A stretch of 60,903 nucleotides of DNA, the filler included, from Sphacelaria rigidula (lineage: Eukaryota), in assembly GCA_964200075.2 (NCBI GenBank). It is 8 parts of 8 records of this genome, joined end to end, with 100 filler letters (N's around TTAATTAATTAA, not from the genome) between each part and the next. Parts side by side here need not be neighbours in the genome. Positions count along the whole stretch, not along the records: positions 45,754 to 53,278 come from CAXNAA020014509.1; positions 53,379 to 60,903 come from CAXNAA020014510.1; 6 more parts are not named here. One strand, 5' to 3'. Positions 50,390 through 60,903 of this stretch are shown piece after piece. A model generated the notes under the pieces. The model ran no database searches. It saw only the letters and a list, made by a program, of their open reading frames with translations, and was not told the DNA's origin. How positions within the stretch are numbered: the stretch's first letter is position 1; every line of letters begins with the position of its first letter. A program made the position numbers and the translations under genes.

Positions 50390-51080
50390 TGTGGCACATC
50401 GAAGATCTGCAGCGAACTCGTGTCGGAATGTATGTCCAACTTCGAGTAAAAAAGACAACAGCTGTCCAAGAAGCTGTATTTTTACCTTGGTGTATTACAC
50501 CGCTAAATCGTGTACACAAATATCAAGTGAACACAGAGCCGAAAATACAAGGTTTTTGAGAGAAAACCCTGAGCTGGTGTTTGGCTGTGTATAAGCAGCG
50601 GCCGATCGAAAGAGAAAAACCGTACAGTTTGAATAAAACAAGCTACCTCTGGAGCCCCATGAATGTGGTAGTATAAGCAACAACCGCAAGCAGTAGTGCC
50701 CTATACACCGAACGCAAGCACGCCACACCCTTGTGAGGTGTCTGCCGCGGTCCTGGATTGACTTGTTACACTCAAACTGTAGGTTTTTCTCTCGCACATC
50801 CCAGCTGAAGCCCCATGAATGTGGTAGTATAAGCAACAACCGCAAGCAGTAGTGCCGTATACACCGAACGCAAGCAAGCCACACCCTTGTGAGGTGTCTG
50901 CCGCGGTCCTGGATTGACTTGTTACACTCAAACTGTAGGTTTTTCCCTCGCACAAGGCACTCGTCAACAGCAGACAGCTGTTATTGAAAGTAAGCACCGA
51001 GCTCTTTGAATAAAAGGAAACACCAATTGACACTGAGGGATTATATTACTTGTGACTTACTCGTGGTATAGCTCGTCACA
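50390..51080 (-). repeat. 5' LTR (~691 bp) containing a 146-bp tandem duplication (50653-50798 / 50809-50954)
   Basis: Minus strand starts TGTGAC and ends GCCACA, followed by the PBS; the partner LTR is not in the window. Confidence 0.7.
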
Positions 51081-53770
51081 GCTTGCCGGCAGAAGGGGAG
51101 ACGTCGCGCAGAACAGATGAAAGCTGATGGTCCTTGTTGTGATTAGTTCTACGGTAGCTGTTTCTGACGGTGGGTTGCAAGTGGGCTGCGTGGGCGATGC
51201 GGCACGCGATTGCCCTCAAAAACTCCTAGCTACGCATACAATCTCGTCATATAAATACCACTCAACGTGGCGCACTGTACCTTAAGCCAATCAAAGCTGT
51301 AGTAGCAGCAGGTACACGCGGCTAATCGGGTACAATCCTTTTACCTTCAACCCGCTGCGTCAACAATACAAGGATCGAATCTTGCCTTATACAAACACAT
51401 TCGACATTCGACTAGAATCCTTCCATACCCGCTGGTCGTTTCTAGGGACCATCCGCATATCCACAAGGAACTAGTTTTAATTCAGGCACTCATTTATCAT
51501 CCCACTATCGTGGGATGACTCGCGTGTTCTGTTTGTGTGTTCGCGTAAGTCGTGACAATGTACCCACCCCGTTGCTAATGTATCCTTTACCAACCTTTAT
51601 ATAGCAGCCACGAGTATCCTTCACGCAGTTTGTACAACTAATTTTTGCAAGTGATATTCCAAAATCGAAAGCAAAGATTAGCTCGAGTGATCTTCTGCGA
51701 ACGCAGCTCGTCGTTAAAACAAGCAACACCGAGAGGTTGAGGTGACATTGGTCAGTTGCGTTTCTGGAAGTCTCCCCCCCCCCTGCTCATCAAAAGCTCA
51801 GTAGCCTTAGTTTTTCCGCCCGACCTTGCTACGATATTCAAGCGTCCGCAGCAGCACGGACGTTCCCACGAATATAACACAGCCTCGAACGAACAACTCT
51901 TGCCTCTCATCCTCCGTGAGCTGACCTGTACAGCAGGCATGATCGGTACATACACATCGAATTTTTTCTGTCTGATGCACTACGAGTTGGCTCTTTGACC
52001 GCCGATGGCCCTTCTGCGTATGTTACCAAACGTTGGTTACTGCACACGCTTCACCCTTTCCAGGCGTGCGTTAGAAGCGATATTCTCCCACTACTCAACC
52101 GCGTACTCGGATGTGGCAGGGATGAGCGGTGGTCGCACAAAACCCCTTCTGCGGTTCGTGGCGTTGGCAGCATTCTGCAAGGTCAGTCCATGAGTGTAAG
52201 GTGATGGCGGGTCATCCAAACAGAGTCTGTATGACAAAAGTGGTGAACAATCGACAGGTTGACATCCCAAGTGGATGACATCGTATAAGAACATAATTAC
52301 TTAGACATCGGTAATCAACAATACATACGAGTAAGTCTTGTTCCAACCAACCTCTGCAAAACCGGATAGGTGGTACTCGCGACTTTGCTCGCCGTTCTGT
52401 TCATGTAGTCACATATGGTGTCTGACCGGTGTTATTTTTGTGTTTCGAGAAAATACTGAAATAACATACATGAAAAAAACTGAAAATACACCATCAATCG
52501 GTCAGAGTGTGGTTGACTGTTGAGCCTGATATCCACTCAACCTAAAAGTAGGTATTGCTTTCAGTTTCGCAGAGTTGTACGCATACCGTTGGATAGACTA
52601 GACGGGGATTTGGTTCCCTCTGCCCCCCGCCCCCCCCCGCCCACCCGCCCCCCCCCTCCCTCTCTCCGCCCATGAACCGCGACTGATCGCACCGTGGGCA
52701 TCTCAGGAACGGGGGACATAGTGGCACAGACTTGGTCATATCTGTGCTGATCGCTTCGAAAAACGTTGTGGCCGCACTCTACCACTAAAGACCACGCTCG
52801 GCCGTGATCAGAATTTATCTCCGACAAGATTTCCACATATTATTGTATGCGCTTGGAGAACCGTGCTCTTCCAGGTTACCCACACACAAAACCAAGCGGC
52901 AGGAACGGGACGCCACCCTCCTCACTAGCTCCTTTCGATATCAAACGCGAGTACACAAACGATGAGACTGTTTTCCGTGGGTATGAAAAAACTGTTGCTC
53001 CAACAACGTGTTAGACTCCTCAGTCGCCTCACACCCTGGAACCCTGCAGGCTAGCTCACGTACAACACACACACCTGGGGAAATATGAGGGGAACGAATG
53101 TGCAGCAGGTACACGAGAGCAAATACCGTCCCTTCGACTTGACAATGGACTACATTGCGCGGGTGTATTATACCCACACCCACAATCTGAGCCAACCCCC
53201 CCCCCCCCCCCCCCCCCCAGGTCCGGCGAAAAACCGGCGCGCCCCGTCCCGGGGTTGGTGGGGGGGGCCAGTTCCGTGNNNNNNNNNNNNNNNNNNNNNN
53301 NNNNNNNNNNNNNNNNNNNNNNTTAATTAATTAANNNNNNNNNNNNNNNNNNNNNNNNNNNNNNNNNNNNNNNNNNNNGGTCTTTCCTGTTTACGGCAGC
53401 TGTCCACATCCCCCAACGCCCCAGCGAAAAAACAGGGGACACACGGCAGGGGGCCCCCCCCCCCCTCCTCCGCCCCCCCCCCCCCCCTCAAAAACCCGAA
53501 TTTTCGATTTTGGGGCCTACGTGTCCCGACATATATTTTTGACAGACCCTTGTCTATTCCTTTATTTTTTCATTTTTTTCATTTTTTTCATTTTTCATTT
53601 TTCATTCTTCTCCTTTTTCTGATCACGAGCTGGAGTGTTGTAATCAGCTAAGCAATGCGCGATCATCATCTTTTTGTGTTGTCCTTGTTTGTGTTTGTGT
53701 CTATGTTTTTGCATGTATGTGTTTGTCGTTATTTTGTTGTTGTTGTTGCTGTTGTTGTTCGTTCTGGCTG

Positions 53771-53980
53771 CTGTAATGCGTGAGAGGACCGCGTGCTTAG
53801 AGGACCGCGCCGTGCTTCAAAACACCTCAGGATCGATGTTTTTCAAAACCAATCGGGCCAGTCCCTGGAGGTACTGCCCCTGACCATAACCCCGACACTA
53901 ACCCTAACCCTAACCCTAACATGGGGGTGTTAAAATTCCGATGCGGTCCTCTAAGCACGCGGTCCTCTCACACATTACAG
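53771..53980. mobile_element. MITE with ~38-bp TIRs and an internal (CCCTAA)n tract
   Basis: CTGTAATGCGTGAGAGGACCGCGTGCTTAGAGGACCGC ... GCGGTCCTCTAAGCACGCGGTCCTCTCACACATTACAG; CTAACCCTAACCCTAACCCTAAC at ~53898-53920. Confidence 0.85.
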
Positions 53981-54829
53981 GAGATTCCGCAGGATGGCCA
54001 AGGCCAATATCGCCTGGGATGAAAAGTCGTACGTCCATAGTATCCCACGCTGCCGTTGTTTTACTTGTTGTGTGTATCCGTGACTAAGCATCTGCATGTA
54101 TCATTGTTTGTTCGTGAAACGGCCGCGACTTTCTGTCTCCTAACTTTAGTTTGCTTGCCGGTTACCCGGTTTGTTTGCCGCAATGCCTTTGCCACGTCGT
54201 CCGCATCAAAAGTTCCGGTGGGCCATTACGCCCATCTCAAACGCGGGCAGGGAGATAACCCTGAGGCCGAGGTATACCCTCACATATTTCTTAAGCACGG
54301 GGAAGGAAATCAAGCGGATATGCGCCAGGTAATACTTCTGATCGATATTCGCTGAACCGTTTCTAGAAGACGCGTGATATACTGCTGGGCTCTCAAGGTG
54401 GTGTCCTGATATAAACTACAGCATTGGTGTCTCCAACATTTACCGTACTGTCCATGTATTTCTACTCCATCGATACGCCACATGTCAAACCCAGAGAAGA
54501 TCGAGCGTGTCACCTAAACCGCTAGGCTGGACACTGGCTGGGCGTTCAGAACGCTCCCGCCGTTCCTGTACTTATTCACAAATATTACATTTGATCGGTC
54601 GTGATTGACATCTCACGACGTATTTATACTACGAGTCAAATGTGCTCTGCTCGTGCGACTACTTGTTTCTTTCCCTCTTCAATCTGGCAGCCGCAGCACG
54701 GCTGAGGCAATTGCGTCGCGCATGTACGCGAAGGAGTTAGCGGGCGAAGACCCCGCTATTGGCCTCGTGCAGGTCAGTGCAGCACCTTTGCAGGAAAATT
54801 TCGCGACGTAGCCCGAAGAATGAAGGGTA

Positions 54830-55032
54830 CTGTAAGCTCAAGGGACCGCATCGTAGTTCGAAACATCTCAGAATCGACATTTTATAAACCCGATCGGGCC
54901 ACAGTTCCTGCAGGGACCACGCCCCTGACTTTAACCCCAACACTAACTCTAACTCTAACCCCAACCCTCACCATAGGGATGTTCAAATTCCGATGCGATC
55001 CTCTGAGCATGCGGTCCTCTCACGCAATACAG
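54830..55032. mobile_element. Second, more diverged copy of the telomere-repeat MITE
   Basis: Same right end AAATTCCGATGCG.TCCTCT.AGCA.GCGGTCCTCTCAC.CA.TACAG and a degenerate CTAAC hexamer tract. Confidence 0.8.
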
Positions 55033-55523
55033 GACCTTGCATCTGACGATTTGTACTCACGCCTGGGACAAGGTCCTACTGCTTCCTTGATAATGAAAGC
55101 TGCTCAACAACTTCGTCAAAGATTGGCGTCGCTTTCGTCGCCAGTTTGAGGGTTTCGTCGTCGTCGTCATTAGAGTTTCGGAAAACAAGAGTTTGAGCCA
55201 AAAACTCAGGGATATTTTGCCTCTTCTCACCAAAATTCAATCAAACAGTAATTATCCCCGAGTTTTTCTGGCCTATTTTTGTTTCCGAAACTCTCCACTG
55301 TTGTTGCTGCTATTGGTGATATTGTTGCTGCCGTGACAATCCATGACAATCCTCGTTCCCACAGCGTGCTGAATTGTGAAATGATCGTGTACCATGGCGA
55401 CCGTAGTTCTCCATCCTTGTTGCACATGCTGATCACAGCGCACGTCATGTTTCCGGCCGCGGAAGGTCTACGCCACGAATAAACGGAGACCTGCAAATGC
55501 CACGACTTGTTCACTTTTGCTTG

Positions 55524-55667
55524 TTGCGACAGGCATCGGCACCTGTAAAAAAGGTGGCATCAAAGAGAAAGGCTTTGCGACAGGCATCGGCGCCAGTAAA
55601 AAAGGTGGCATCAAAGACAAAGGCTTTGCGACAGGCATCGGCGCGAGTAAAAAAGGTGGCATCAAAG
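55524..55667 (+). repeat. 51-bp tandem repeat x3, potentially coding (ASAPVKKVASKRKALRQ); candidate exon 55533-55783
   Basis: Units start at 55524, 55575 and 55626; period is a multiple of 3; preceded by a pyrimidine tract and CAG. Confidence 0.8.
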
Positions 55668-55851
55668 AAACAGCCCAGCGGACTACGGAAAATCGGCGCT
55701 ATATTGGCAAAGAAGACACGCTCGGTAGCTCAAATAAGAGCAACGCAAAGAGCAAAGGCTCACAAGCAAGTCACCCGACCGGGGTAGGTGGCTGAACGGG
55801 TGTGCTCGCGAGGAGCAAGAACCAAACGAGGCGCATCGCGTGCGTGCGTGT

Positions 55852-55853
<2 letters not shown>

Positions 55854-55915
<62 letters not shown>
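55854..55915. repeat. (GT)n microsatellite
   Basis: Direct observation. Confidence 0.92.
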
Positions 55916-55917
<2 letters not shown>

Positions 55918-56839
55918 ATGTTTTCGTTCATGTGTATGTCTGTGTTCGTGTGTGTATTAGAAAAGGTGTCGTGAGGACCCCTTTGACGTGATCGCTAGAG
56001 TTGGCGCAATGAGACGTAAGCCTTTTGCAAAAATCCAGACGACGCAGTCTATATTCATTGTGTTTGAATGAAGTCGTTGTAACAAGAGATAGCGGTACAA
56101 TCTACTACGGTTAAACGAAACAATGAACCGTGTACGACCGCTTCATTAGTTTCCTTTTCACGGAGAGTACCTCTATTTTGTGTTGATTTATAGGTTACCT
56201 GTTTGAATGACGCTTCAAGTAGGATATTGCTGAAGTAGGCGTGTTGCCATGATTTGTCAATGAAAGATACTCTAGCAGAGTATTTAGTCTACGTAAGCTG
56301 AAATAGATCTTGTGTCCAAGTGTGCAGTTGATCCAAGCAAAAGAACTGGCAAGGCTACCGCGTCAGAACTAGAGAGGTTGAATTGAATGGTACGATTGGA
56401 CTCTACGTACATGTAGGGTGTTTGATTCTTCTTCCAGGATTGAGCATGTTTGTAATCGGTGGTTCCTATCGCCCTTGCAATCACTCTCCCAAGCGTACCA
56501 AGCGTACCGAGCTCTCCTTCACTACCTCCAGCTCTCTGCTTTGAGAAGAGGCTGTGTGTTCTGTTTTTCTTGGCCAGATGAAGAGCCCATCAACCATTTT
56601 GTCTCACTGATTTATTCTGAGCTGCAGGAGCAAGCGGTCTAACAACCACTGTGCACTCTCTGCTACACTACTGTCTTCGGGACAGTAGTCGATCTGTTTC
56701 GAGAACAGCACCAAACGCCACGAGCCACACAATATTTCCAACAAAGCCAAGCAAGCAGACAAGCTGCTTTGGAGAATAGACAGAAGATAGTGTTCAAGGT
56801 GCCGCTTGCGGGCAGCACGACAGTGCAAACAACCCACCG

Positions 56840-57203
56840 TGTTGAACGGTCAACCGAGAAGAGTGAGGGCAACCCGACTACTGCTACGCTCTATATCAGA
56901 CCAAACTATTCTAAGCAGTACTGGCGACCCACACGATGCCTCCATACCAATACAATACCATACGATATTCCGTGGCCCGTGGCAAAGGATAGATGGTTTT
57001 ATCTTTTGTATTAATGGAGAGTGCCTTGAAGTAGTCGACCCTATGACAGAGGGATCAGATGTAGAGTAAGCTCAGGCGGCAGCGAAGTAGCCGGCCTGGG
57101 CGTGGTACTGTAGTCACACATACTCGACTACCGGTACCCGTGCGTTGGCATTAATCTATCCGCACAAGTGCATGTTCACTCAGTGTACCCGTTCACATGA
57201 ACA
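56840..57203 (-). repeat. Putative 3' LTR (364 bp) of the copia element
   Basis: Minus strand: PPT AGAGGGGG directly followed by TGTTCATG..., ending ..CGTTCAACA; the partner LTR is not in the window. Confidence 0.7.
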
Positions 57204-59366
57204 CCCCCTCTGAACCGGTACATCAGTCGTCGTGGCTTTCTCTCTCTAAAAACAAAAAAGGTTTCAAGGGGGAAACCCGGCGATCCGGGCAAAACCCCCT
57301 CCCCTCAACTGCTTGTGTTACATCTAGATAATCCATGGACGCCGGTCAAGGCAGATACACGTCATGCCAGGAAACGCCCTACAAAACCCATGCCCCTCAA
57401 AGTAGCGTGGGTGGCTCAACCCAAAGTGCGCATAAATGCGTCACTCAACACCTGAAAATATCTGGCGCTAGCACAAAGGTACATGCAAAAACGTACCTAC
57501 TTGTCACCTTCTAAGTTCATAAAAATACATCTGTGCCTCGTAAACAGGCTGATCGAGAGAGGCTTTGTCAAAATACCAGCATGCTGCCATCGTCAACACT
57601 GCCTTATCGAACAGACTCTCCTTTTCCCCCTCGGCCATTGCAACATACTCTGCCTCCGTCGTTGACAGAGTCACACAGTGTTGCGTGCGGCTCGTTGCCG
57701 ACACTACCACACCACCGTACATTACGGCTACCCCTGATACCGAACGCCTATCCGTTTCCTTCATAGCGTAGCCTGCATCGCAGTAGGCTAAGAGTCTATC
57801 ATGACATTTCTTGAACTTAAGTCCAAACTCCTTCGTCTCATTGAGATAATTAAGCACTTTCATCACAGCTTCCCAGTGCCTCTCGCATGGGTTATACGAC
57901 TGGCGAGCAAGTGCTCTTACTGAATTCGCGATGTCGGGTCTGGTGAATGTTGCCAACCACATCAACCCCCCCACTGCGTTACGGTATGGGCGATTCACCT
58001 TTCTGTCTTCGCCCGGTGTCAGCCCCAACTTTACAGAAACAGAGGCAAGGATTTCCGAGTACCCCCTCACCTCAAAACGCTTCAGGAGCGTGTCCGTGAA
58101 CGTTGTTTGCGTCACAGACAGCGTGCCTCTATTCCCGTTTCTATCCACTGCGCACCCCATGTACCAGGTCACCTCCGAGATTGTTCGTGGGGAACGTTTT
58201 GTTCAGGATTTTGCCCACCTTTCCTGCGTTTTCCTCAGAACCACTCATAAGGATGTCGTCCACATGGACAACTAAAATCACACGCACGTCTCCTGCATCC
58301 TCCATCCTGAAAACACATGGATCAGCCCCACACTGCACCATCCCGACATCCTCCAGTAAAGTTTGGCACAGGACCACTGCCTGCCCGCTTTGCTTGATCC
58401 CGTAAAACCTTTTTTCCAGCTTCACGGTCACGTCTGTCAAAACGGAGCAACCATCAGGCAACCTCATGTACACGTCGGTATCCATCTCTCCTTGAACGGA
58501 AGCTCGTGTCACGTCAAAATGATACAGCGGCCGCTCTTCCTGAACTGCCACTGCCATGACCAGTTTGATGGAGGCCATGGAGGGCGTTGCAGCGAAAGTC
58601 ACGAAATAGTCGACTGCAAAACGTTGTCCAAACCCCCCGTGCTGGCAACCTTGTCTTTGCCTTCGTTACAGTACCATCTCCGTCAGTTTTCCGACTAAAA
58701 CCCCACTTCGCCGAAATGACATTTACTCCTTCCGGTACAGGGCCAGTCGAAAATGTTCCAGCCTTTCCATGACCGGCCAGTTCGGCCTGCATCGCGCCTA
58801 ACCATGCCTCTAAAAATTCTGATTTCGCGATGTCATCCATACTGGTTGGTGCTGCCTCTATTTCGCTCACGTGTAGGCCAACCGGTGAACGCAAACCGAA
58901 TCCAGGCTGCCCTAACCTATTTTCCTCAGCAACAAAACAAAAAATACTCGTTTTCAGCTAACTCGTGTTGAGTCGAAGCGATTGCGTCTTATCCGGCCAC
59001 CTCTCCTGCTGTCGCGGTGATCATCTCCATGGTTGAGCATTTGTCTTCCGCCATTCCCGCCAGCGCCATCTCTGCTTCCTTTTTGATCTCTTCCGCTCCG
59101 CTAGCCACCAGCGTTTCGCCTCGCGCGTGTGCCGACCCCGTGGCCTCGCGCATTTGGCTCCTCGTACGCCCCGCCCTTGGTGTTGGTAACTGGTCAGCCA
59201 ACGCAAGACGGTGTTGCTCGGTCCTTGGGAGTTGAGGAGCGTTGCCGCCGCCCCCGCTGTCTTGCGAGGGATCCATGGAAGAGGGTGACAGTGGGTGCGA
59301 CGAGGGAGTGTCCGATGCCAATGTGAGCGTCGGCGTAGGTGTCGGCGTCTGCTCTGATGTTGGCGT

Positions 59367-59399
<33 letters not shown>

Positions 59400-60649
59400 C
59401 TCCGGCTCCGCCTCACCCCCTCCGTTGACAAAATCTGCAACGGGGATCTCTGGTATCACCCCGCCTCCCCCTCGCGGGGACGGTGAAGGCACTTCGCCCC
59501 CTTCACTACTAACGGGGATCTGCGGTGCTGCTCCGCCCCTCCCACCAACGGAACTCGGCGGGGAGGACGGGGCGCTTGAGGAACCGCTGGGCGAAGTGTC
59601 CACTGTCGAGCTTTCCGTCCTGTCTTCACCCACATCCTGGTCTTGATCGACGCTGGAATCCTTCAGCTCGCCCGGCGTCTGGATCGCTTGCTGTAATGTG
59701 CGGGGGAGGGCGGCGGACGTACGTGCCCATGTTACATGTCTCGTCACGGAGATAGTTCCTCGTGCAGTCAGAACTCGCATCGCGTCACGTGGGTAGCCTG
59801 GGGCTGGGAGCAAATACCAGCATTTTTCGGTCTTCGGCTGTCATTTATTTGTCCGCTTCCTCCTATGAAAACCAGGCTCCAAGAACGGAATGAGATCACC
59901 TTCCGGTGGTGATCCATACCACATCTCATGCGGTGATTTGTGGTGCGGGTTAGCAGAGGTAGCGGTACAGTTCAGGGCATGACACGCCCAGTTCGCCTAT
60001 TCAGCCCACAGGTTGTCACCATTTGGGATGCGCTCATCTGGGTACAGCTCAGATGCTTGGATTCGGGCCGCAAGGCCTGCTGTTTCGATGACACCTAACG
60101 CTCGTTTTGCAACACCGTTGAACTGGGGTGAGTTTGCAGTTGTCTTCTCCTGCTTGATATTTTCCCCGTCGCACAGTTCACCAAATGCACCCTCCGAGAA
60201 TTCACCTCCGTCATCGCTACGGACTATCTCAATTTTTCTCGGAGAGACCCATGCAATGTATTTCGCGAAGTATCTCTCTGCCTCACCCTTCTTCCGGAGG
60301 AAATACAGCTTTGTGTGCCGTGAGTGATCATCTCCGACTATCATTATATACAACTTTCCCCCGTTAGACTTGACTGGTTTCGGCCCAGAAAGATCTACAA
60401 ACACCCTAGACGCTGACTTAGCTACTCTCATGTGCGTCGATCTTGGAATCAGCGCCCGCAGTCCCTTCGCCTCTGAGCAGCCGCGGCAGGGCTGCAGCTC
60501 CCCAGCCAGCTGCTTTCACTGCTGCTTCGCCGTTTTCCTCAGTAAATCCTCGTGGACGTGGGCGTGGGAACAGTGGAATTCGTTGATGTCAGCGGTCTGG
60601 GGGCTAGGCGAAGCCCCCGGGGCAATAACAGCATTTGCCGAAGCACACT
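56840..60649 (-). mobile_element. Degenerate Ty1/copia LTR retrotransposon (3' portion)
   Basis: Domain order INT-RT-RH: gag-pre-integrase FHCSHAH..CRGC, integrase RVFVDLSGP/IVRSDDGGEF/PQFNGVAKR/LWAE, RT VISAKWGF/HFDVTRA/FYGIKQSG/VHVDD/TRPDIA, RNase H YCDAGYA..SVSG..LSTTEAEY; several frameshifts and stops. Confidence 0.95.
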
Positions 60650-60903
60650 TGTCACCACCACTTTGATCGAGGTGGTGGGCGTACATTCTGAGTTGACGTG
60701 GTTATCCGGGTATTATCAGTGTATTGCCTGAATTGAGATCTACCCTGAAACCTATACGAAAACCAGTGTAGGTGTGTCCCATGTGTTGGACCCTCGTGAG
60801 TGACAAGAGGTAACAACAAATTGTGCGAATTGAGGTTTAACCCGAGATGAAGTTCACGCCTAAAACAGTGCTTTCCCCACACTTTCAGTGATGGTGCCCA
60901 ATG
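60650..60903. mobile_element. Probable nested insertion (LTR-like, begins TGTCAC) interrupting the copia polyprotein
   Basis: Copia coding similarity stops abruptly upstream of the gag-pre-integrase domain; the new sequence looks non-coding and starts with TG. Confidence 0.5.

Larger units (their letters stand above)
45754..51080 (-). mobile_element. 5' part of a second LTR retrotransposon (probably Ty3/gypsy), truncated by the contig end
   Basis: LTR, tRNA-type PBS, long leader and a long ORF ending in a retroviral-type protease motif. Confidence 0.75.

Noticed and set aside
53898..53920. Chromosome telomere
   Set aside because: Only about four units, and they sit inside a TIR element
58989..59813. 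274-aa Ser/Pro-rich ORF as an independent gene
   Set aside because: It is the low-complexity linker between copia integrase and RT, containing a (TCA)n microsatellite

Overview
Eukaryotic, repeat-rich DNA, most likely from a brown alga (Phaeophyceae). This is inferred from the long GT-AG introns, an Ectocarpus-style ROCO gene, stramenopile-type LTR elements and CCCTAA repeats. The window is not one locus. It is eight contigs of 7526, 7526, 7526, 7525, 7525, 7525, 7525 and 7525 bp joined by identical 100-bp N/TTAATTAATTAA/N spacers, i.e. a size-sorted pseudo-scaffold, so adjacency across spacers means nothing. Contents by contig: (1) a full-length but decayed Ty3/gypsy chromovirus with both LTRs and a 4-bp TSD, plus foldback MITEs; (2) a three-exon protein-kinase-fold gene whose catalytic Lys and Asp are replaced (probable pseudokinase); (3) four C-terminal RAD50 exons; (4) the last four exons of a ROCO (ROC-COR) GTPase gene with an uncharacterised C-terminal domain; (5) a polyQ/RGG terminal exon, foldbacks and copia debris; (6) MITEs, a 42-bp array and two small exons; (7) the 5' half of a second gypsy element (LTR, PBS, protease); (8) two MITEs carrying telomere-like repeats, a 51-bp Lys/Ala coding repeat and a decayed Ty1/copia element with a probable nested insertion. 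I found no rRNA, tRNA, CRISPR or prokaryotic operon, and no clear multi-gene novel system. The best leads are the pseudokinase, the ROCO C-terminal domain and the chromovirus lacking a tRNA PBS.
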